Below, piece by piece: positions 28,093 through 32,730 of a DNA stretch of 32,730 nt. Made by a program: the position numbers and the translations under genes. The notes beneath the pieces are model-generated. The model was given only the letters and a program-made list of their open reading frames with translations. It had not been told where the DNA came from and ran no database searches. How positions within the stretch are numbered: position 1 is the stretch's first letter; each line of letters starts with the position of its first letter. The stretch is from a virus (lineage: Duplodnaviria; Caudoviricetes): positions 1-32,730 of the IMG/VR virus record IMGVR_UViG_3300005077_000069; one strand, written 5' to 3'.

Positions 28093-30003
28093 ATGTCTAT
28101 TTTAAAATACCTTAATAAAAAATATGGAACAACGACACCGACAGCACTTGGCGATAGATATTATGCACAGGATTTAGTTAGAGACTGGAGGTATGCACAA
28201 GACAATGTAGGCCAGCTTGCTTATGATTTTATTGCCTCACTTCCTATTATAATGTCAGGAGGAATTGTAACGCAGGGGGCAGGAGATACTTTAAATATCA
28301 CATCCGGAAGAGGCTGGGCTAAGTTTGCAGTAGAAATTCCGGATACGTTTGCGTCTATCCCCCCGTCAAAAATGAATGCAGATGTAACGGGCGTTCCGGT
28401 AATCTGGACGGCTCAAACAAATCTGGCAATAGCAAGTGCAACTCTTGACGGGTCAACTCCAAACTACGTAAAGGTTGCTTTTATCGAAACGGATGGAAAC
28501 ACAAGAGTTCGGGCAAAAGCAACAGGGACATATTCGTATGAAACAATACCGTCATATGTTATTACTGTAGATTCGACACCTGCAACAGATTATGAAATAT
28601 TACTTAATACTTTCGCAGGTTCAGCCGGTGGAACTTTTACTTTTACAGGCGTTACGTCAAATTTATATCAAAAAAGCCCGGAAGACGGATGGAGAGAGGT
28701 CAGAGAACAATGGACTTATGCAAGTGCGGATAGCCCGACGTTTACGCTGACGGTGCCAACAGACAAGACAAGTAAATATTCCAAGGGTATGAGACTCAGA
28801 CTTGAACAGGATGAGGCATTGACTTCTTACTGGAGCTTTGATTCTGACCTTACAGATGGAGTTGGAAGTAATGATGGAACTGCAATAGGTGGAGCGGCAG
28901 TCGGAGCAGGGGGGAAGTTTGGAAATGGATTAACTCTTAACGGTTCAAGTCAAGCAGTATCAATTACTGATGATGTAAGTTTAAAGCCGACAGGAGATTT
29001 TGTTATTTTCGGATGGGGTAAGACAAGTTATTCTGGTGGGAATCAACAAATATTTCAGAGCCAATCAACTAATACAAGCGTTGCAGGAATACAATTATTC
29101 ATTCAATCCATGACAGGATATTTGGTATTTAAGTCTGGCGATAATACAGGGGTTTCTGGCTATGATGATATTATAGGGAAAACTGATGTTACTGACGGCA
29201 TTTTTCATTATATCGTTGTTACTGTTAAAAATAATTGGTGTCAAATTTATCTTGATGGAAAATTAGATGTTTCTGGTTATGTCAGAACTCCGGCATACGC
29301 AGGAACTAACTATGTTAATATTGGGTGTAAAAATAGTGCTGGTTCTGGATTTGATTGGTTCAATGGAACTCTTGACGACATTGGATTAGTGAATGGTTAC
29401 GCTTGGGATGAAGAAACTATCAAAGCTAAATACGATGCTGGAACAGCACAGGGAACAGGAGCAGTAACAATTCAGAAAAAATTCCTGATTACTGATGTTG
29501 CTTATGACGGCTCTACAAATACAACTCTGACTCTGTATGGCGGAACTGATTTTGCTTTAAGTAATTCAGCTATCGCAAATCCATATTTCAGTATTGTTCA
29601 ACAGCCTTATGGGTTTAATAGGAATCCTGATAAGTGGAGTATTTATAAGGAAAGTAATGTTTTGTTATCGGTGGCATTAACTACTGGCGCATACGTTTCA
29701 AGTACATTCAGTGTGAATAAACCAATAGGAAAATTTAATCTACACTATGCACTTGGAGTAATACATCCTGCTGCTGCTGAAACAGAAATAGTTGCTGGAT
29801 ACACCAATTCGACCTACGACATCATTGAGAGTATAAATTATGTTGGATCGGCAGTTGGGCACATGTCATTATGTTCTTGTCGGATACCAGAGGAAAGCAA
29901 AAAAACAGTTTATATAAATGTAAGCGGAGCAACTGGGAATACAATGTATTTTAAAGGTGATATTGCTCGTTCCAGATTAAGATTAACCTCAGATTATATA
30001 TAA
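28093..30003 (+). CDS. tail fibre / receptor-binding protein with LamG (ConA-like) domain
   Basis: SYWSFD, GKFGNGL.LNG, TDGIFHYIVVT, IYLDGKLD, FNGTLDDI; follows gpI. Confidence 0.85.
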   Translation: MSILKYLNKKYGTTTPTALGDRYYAQDLVRDWRYAQDNVGQLAYDFIASLPIIMSGGIVTQGAGDTLNITSGRGWAKFAVEIPDTFASIPPSKMNADVTGVPVIWTAQTNLAIASATLDGSTPNYVKVAFIETDGNTRVRAKATGTYSYETIPSYVITVDSTPATDYEILLNTFAGSAGGTFTFTGVTSNLYQKSPEDGWREVREQWTYASADSPTFTLTVPTDKTSKYSKGMRLRLEQDEALTSYWSFDSDLTDGVGSNDGTAIGGAAVGAGGKFGNGLTLNGSSQAVSITDDVSLKPTGDFVIFGWGKTSYSGGNQQIFQSQSTNTSVAGIQLFIQSMTGYLVFKSGDNTGVSGYDDIIGKTDVTDGIFHYIVVTVKNNWCQIYLDGKLDVSGYVRTPAYAGTNYVNIGCKNSAGSGFDWFNGTLDDIGLVNGYAWDEETIKAKYDAGTAQGTGAVTIQKKFLITDVAYDGSTNTTLTLYGGTDFALSNSAIANPYFSIVQQPYGFNRNPDKWSIYKESNVLLSVALTTGAYVSSTFSVNKPIGKFNLHYALGVIHPAAAETEIVAGYTNSTYDIIESINYVGSAVGHMSLCSCRIPEESKKTVYINVSGATGNTMYFKGDIARSRLRLTSDYI

Positions 30004-30010
30004 ATGGAAT

Positions 30011-30517
30011 ATGACTATGAAAAGAATATTTAACATAAACACAAAAGAATGTAAAGATATTTCTAATAATGAGAATGTTCCTATCGGATGGACTGACATC
30101 CATCCGTCATGGATTCTGTATGAAAAGTTTGAGAATGGGAAATGGGTTGAAGATACCTTTGCAAAAATCAAAGCAGAAAAAACTTCTCTGATTGTAAACG
30201 GTTTTGCTAATGATTTGCAAAAAGGACACTTCATGTCAACCGCTCTTGGAATTGAAGTGGATTGCAGAAGGGATTCTCTTAAAAATGATTTGCAGAATGT
30301 TCAGGGATTGATTTCCTATATGACCAGATATGAAGCTGAGTCTGTGAACTATGTAGGATATTCTGAAATAAAGCAAAATGTAGCAAAAGATAATCTTATT
30401 ACTCTTTGCGGAGAGATGGAAGATTATGTAATGGCTCTATATCAAAAGAAATGGACTATGGAAACTATTTTAAATTCAGCAACAACAGTTGAAGAACTGG
30501 AACAAATAAACTGGTAA
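30011..30517 (+). CDS. DUF4376-like tail fibre assembly protein
   Basis: Follows the fibre; KWVED...K.EK, DLQNVQGL, LYQKKW, NSATTVEELEQINW. Confidence 0.7.
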   Translation: MTMKRIFNINTKECKDISNNENVPIGWTDIHPSWILYEKFENGKWVEDTFAKIKAEKTSLIVNGFANDLQKGHFMSTALGIEVDCRRDSLKNDLQNVQGLISYMTRYEAESVNYVGYSEIKQNVAKDNLITLCGEMEDYVMALYQKKWTMETILNSATTVEELEQINW

Positions 30518-30533
30518 CACAAAGGAGTTGTGA

Positions 30534-30917
30534 ATGGAAAGCGATCTCAGGAGTTTTTTAGAAGACAGATTTAAAGATTTATCAGACAAGATGAATAAGA
30601 TGGAAGATTCTATAATAAGGGTATTTGATAAGCTCGATACAACTATTCTAAAGACGAGCGACAACTCTAAAGATATTCAGTCTTTACAGGAAAAGCATTT
30701 AGAAATAAAAGCCAGTATAGATGATAAATTTAAAGGTTCAAGAATAAATTATGAGGCTTGTCAAAGTAACTGTAAAACATTCAGAGAAAAACTTGAAAAG
30801 CTCATGGATGAAAAAGACAGGGCATCGGAAACCAGATTAAAAAACTGGATAATGGGACTTGGCTTGTCTTTTATTGTAACGTTAATTGTGTCCATAATAT
30901 TGAAATTTGCAAGATAA
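30534..30917 (+). CDS. coiled-coil protein with C-terminal TM helix (XhlA/holin-like)
   Basis: Heptad-rich body plus WIMGLGLSFIVTLIVSIILKF; AAGGAG RBS. Confidence 0.55.
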   Translation: MESDLRSFLEDRFKDLSDKMNKMEDSIIRVFDKLDTTILKTSDNSKDIQSLQEKHLEIKASIDDKFKGSRINYEACQSNCKTFREKLEKLMDEKDRASETRLKNWIMGLGLSFIVTLIVSIILKFAR

Positions 30918-30920
30918 AAA

Positions 30921-31061
30921 ATGATGATTCCATGCGAAATATATAGCAGAGTTGTTGGTTACTTTAGACCTGTTTCCCAATTCCACAAAGGAAAGCAAGC
31001 AGAGTGGGAAGACAGAGTTTTTTATAAAATTCCGAAGGAGGTTTTATGGAAACAAGAATAA
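30921..31061 (+). CDS. 46-aa stand-alone glycyl-radical domain of class III ribonucleotide reductase (NrdD C-terminus-like; not in ORF track)
   Basis: MMIPCEIYSRVVGYFRPVSQFHKGKQAEWEDRVFYKIPKEVLWKQE matches the NrdD C-terminal consensus YSRVVGY.RP...W/FN.GK..E..DR. Confidence 0.85.
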   Translation: MMIPCEIYSRVVGYFRPVSQFHKGKQAEWEDRVFYKIPKEVLWKQE

Positions 31062-31612
31062 CTCTTTTTAATAATATTGTAAGCAGAAATAATCAGTATG
31101 ACAAAGACTCTCATTTATGGTTTTCTATTAAAGATGCTTACACTCAATTAAAAAATCCTGAATTGATATCAGATAATCAGGCTCGAAGTCTTGCAAAGTC
31201 TTATTGTAATATGATATCTTTATACGCTACTGCTTTTGCTTGTGGCGGAATAGGTGAAAGCTTGGAAAGTTTTATCTGCTATGGTATAGATAATGGTTTT
31301 GTTAATCCGGAAGATGGCTTTATATACAACAAAGGGGATAAGACTAAAAAATATTATTTAGCCGGTCTTGGATTAAATATTGACATGAAGTATGTAGAAA
31401 ACTATTCTGATATTGAAAATCCGGAATTTATGGAAGAGGGTACTTTTTATCAGATGAAGATAAAGAGTAGGACAGGTGCAAATCATTTTATAGGTTGTTT
31501 TTTCTATAAAGGTGCTCTCTGGATGTCAGATACAAGCAATCGTGGAATATACGTAAAGGTTAAAGACAAGATTAAGCCGAAAGATTTTAATTGGTTGCTT
31601 AAAATCGGTTAA
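31046..31612 (+). CDS. putative papain-fold (C39/CHAP-like) cysteine peptidase, candidate endolysin
   Basis: AAGGAGG RBS; Q17 (NQYD), C54 (SYCNMISL), H147 (NHFIG), D162 (MSDT); lies among membrane-protein genes. Confidence 0.5.
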   Translation: METRITLFNNIVSRNNQYDKDSHLWFSIKDAYTQLKNPELISDNQARSLAKSYCNMISLYATAFACGGIGESLESFICYGIDNGFVNPEDGFIYNKGDKTKKYYLAGLGLNIDMKYVENYSDIENPEFMEEGTFYQMKIKSRTGANHFIGCFFYKGALWMSDTSNRGIYVKVKDKIKPKDFNWLLKIG

Positions 31613-31615
31613 ACT

Positions 31616-31702
31616 ATGGAATGGACACTGGACACTTTGTTGTTAGCAATAGCAGGAGCAATTATAGTTTTACTATTATACATAACAGGAGAAAATAAAT
31701 GA
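31616..31702 (+). CDS. 28-aa single-TM peptide (not in ORF track)
   Basis: MEWTLDTLLLAIAGAIIVLLLYITGENK; ATGA overlap with the next gene. Confidence 0.5.
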   Translation: MEWTLDTLLLAIAGAIIVLLLYITGENK

Positions 31703-31998
31703 TATTAGACTTTTTACATTTAAGTAGTTTTTGGAGACCTCAAGAATTAGCTAACCAATTTGCTCATGCTTGGTTCGGTCTTGGGATGTCTTTAATTTTG
31801 TGGTATTCCGGATGTGGTCTCTGGAGCTTGTTGGGTGGTCTTATCGGCATGCTTGAAACTTTCAGGCAGGCAATATGGGAAAAGCCCGAAAAGAATTTGG
31901 ATTGGTATAAAGATAAAATCAGGGATAATATTTGTTATTTTATGGGTTCTTTTTTTACTCTTATATTTTATTATTTTCCTTTTCCGGTGGTTAAATAA
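31699..31998 (+). CDS. multi-pass membrane protein (holin candidate)
   Basis: About 3 hydrophobic segments in 99 aa; AGGAG RBS. Confidence 0.55.
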   Translation: MILDFLHLSSFWRPQELANQFAHAWFGLGMSLILWYSGCGLWSLLGGLIGMLETFRQAIWEKPEKNLDWYKDKIRDNICYFMGSFFTLIFYYFPFPVVK

Positions 31999-32228
31999 TG
32001 AATGCAAAACAGAAACAGAGCAAATGGGGAGAAATAGGGGACGATGTTATTAAACTTATTTCTCAGAACTGGTGGAAGGTTATTCTTATAATTCTTGCAG
32101 GTGGCATTGCTATAACCGGCTTTACCTGCAAGTTCGGAAAGGTGATTGTTAAAAAAGATGCAATCATAAAAGACAGTAAAATATCTAAGCCTATGGAGAA
32201 AAGAAAAATTGAAGAGGTAAAAGAATGA
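31998..32228 (+). CDS. membrane-anchored protein (spanin-like candidate)
   Basis: WWKVILIILAGGIAITGFTC hydrophobic segment followed by a basic tail. Confidence 0.5.
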   Translation: MNAKQKQSKWGEIGDDVIKLISQNWWKVILIILAGGIAITGFTCKFGKVIVKKDAIIKDSKISKPMEKRKIEEVKE

Positions 32229-32551
32229 AAGATACAATTATAAAAGTATTCTCTGTTTCGATTCTTGTATTTTTAATTTTTGCATCAGGTTTATTTGTTG
32301 GATGCAAGATGTTAAAGGTTTATCAGATAGAAGGACAGCCTCAGGAGTGTAATGACTTCTATACTACGGCAGATATGTCGTTAAAGGGCGGTTCTGATTT
32401 TATAACTTTAATGACGTTGCAATGGAATAAATGCACAGAGGCAAGAAAAACGATAAAAGAGAAAAATTGTGAAAAATGGATTTATCAGGGCAGTAAGCTC
32501 GACAAAGAAGACTTTAAAAAATATAGTTATTATCTTGAATGCATAAAATAA
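32225..32551 (+). CDS. putative lipoprotein (o-spanin-like candidate)
   Basis: Signal peptide ending FVG-C27; four more Cys in the mature part. Confidence 0.5.
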   Translation: MKDTIIKVFSVSILVFLIFASGLFVGCKMLKVYQIEGQPQECNDFYTTADMSLKGGSDFITLMTLQWNKCTEARKTIKEKNCEKWIYQGSKLDKEDFKKYSYYLECIK

Positions 32552-32581
32552 TTCTCCGGATATAAGCATTGAAAAATTGAG

Positions 32582-32611
32582 TAGCATACTTTAAAAGGTA
32601 TGCTATTTTTT
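32582..32611 (+). terminator. intrinsic terminator ending the late operon
   Basis: TAGCATACTT-TAAA-AGGTATGCTA followed by TTTTTT. Confidence 0.8.
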
Positions 32612-32673
32612 ATAAAAAAAAATAAAAAAAATAAAAAAAAATACTTGACATATAAATCTATTTATTATATGGT
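32612..32673 (+). promoter_or_regulatory. promoter with three phased A-tracts, TTGACA-N17-TATGGT
   Basis: TTGACA 32645-32650, TATGGT 32668-32673, GGAGG RBS at 32691. Confidence 0.65.
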
Positions 32674-32703
32674 TTATTTATCTTAAAAATGGAGGCAACG
32701 AAA

Positions 32704-32730
32704 ATGTATAAATATGAAGAATATGAAGTA
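32704..32730 (+). CDS. start of next gene (3'-partial)
   Basis: GGAGG RBS then ATG; MYKYEEYEV runs off the window end. Confidence 0.55.

Noticed and set aside
29640-30003. Possible DGR variable region or invertible segment at the fibre C-terminus
   Set aside because: No template repeat, reverse transcriptase, invertase or inverted repeats seen in the window.
17856-30003. Host assignment (impression of similarity to spirochaete myophages)
   Set aside because: Based on vague recall only; it needs a protein-cluster or CRISPR-spacer search.
499-32237. Minus-strand ORFs in the track
   Set aside because: All are shadows of well-supported plus-strand genes or of tRNA-Thr (7324-7566), with no recognisable motifs.
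1-32730. Stop-codon reassignment, CRISPR array, introns/inteins, integrase
   Set aside because: Genes are intact in code 11 and end in TAA, TGA or TAG; both tRNAs are sense tRNAs; no repeat-spacer array or splice motifs were noticed, and TerL, portal and helicase are of normal length.

Overview
This window is a contiguous, all plus-strand segment of an AT-rich tailed dsDNA phage or prophage (Caudoviricetes) with a contractile, myovirus-type tail, read in the standard genetic code. Gene order: end of a replication module (DnaB-like SF4 helicase, VRR-NUC, HNH), a small accessory locus (DUF488-like gene, tRNA-Gln, apparent methyltransferase/ParB remnant), terminase small and large subunits (lambda gpA type), portal, a DUF6496+DUF5661-like protein, tRNA-Thr, head morphogenesis protein, prohead protease, scaffold, major capsid protein, putative decoration genes, neck, sheath, tube, a -1 frameshifted tail chaperone, a short tape measure, a P2/T4-like baseplate, a LamG-bearing fibre and an atypical lysis region, ending at a terminator and a new promoter. 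The most notable observations are: (1) a 46-aa stand-alone class III RNR (NrdD) glycyl-radical peptide, missed by the ORF track, inside the lysis region; (2) a Cys-His-Asp protein where the endolysin should be; (3) one ~85-aa accessory domain inserted into two different virion proteins; (4) a tRNA ending 1 nt before a start codon; (5) a probable deletion-fusion scar of a DNA-modification locus. Family assignments come from motif recognition and synteny only; no database searches were run.
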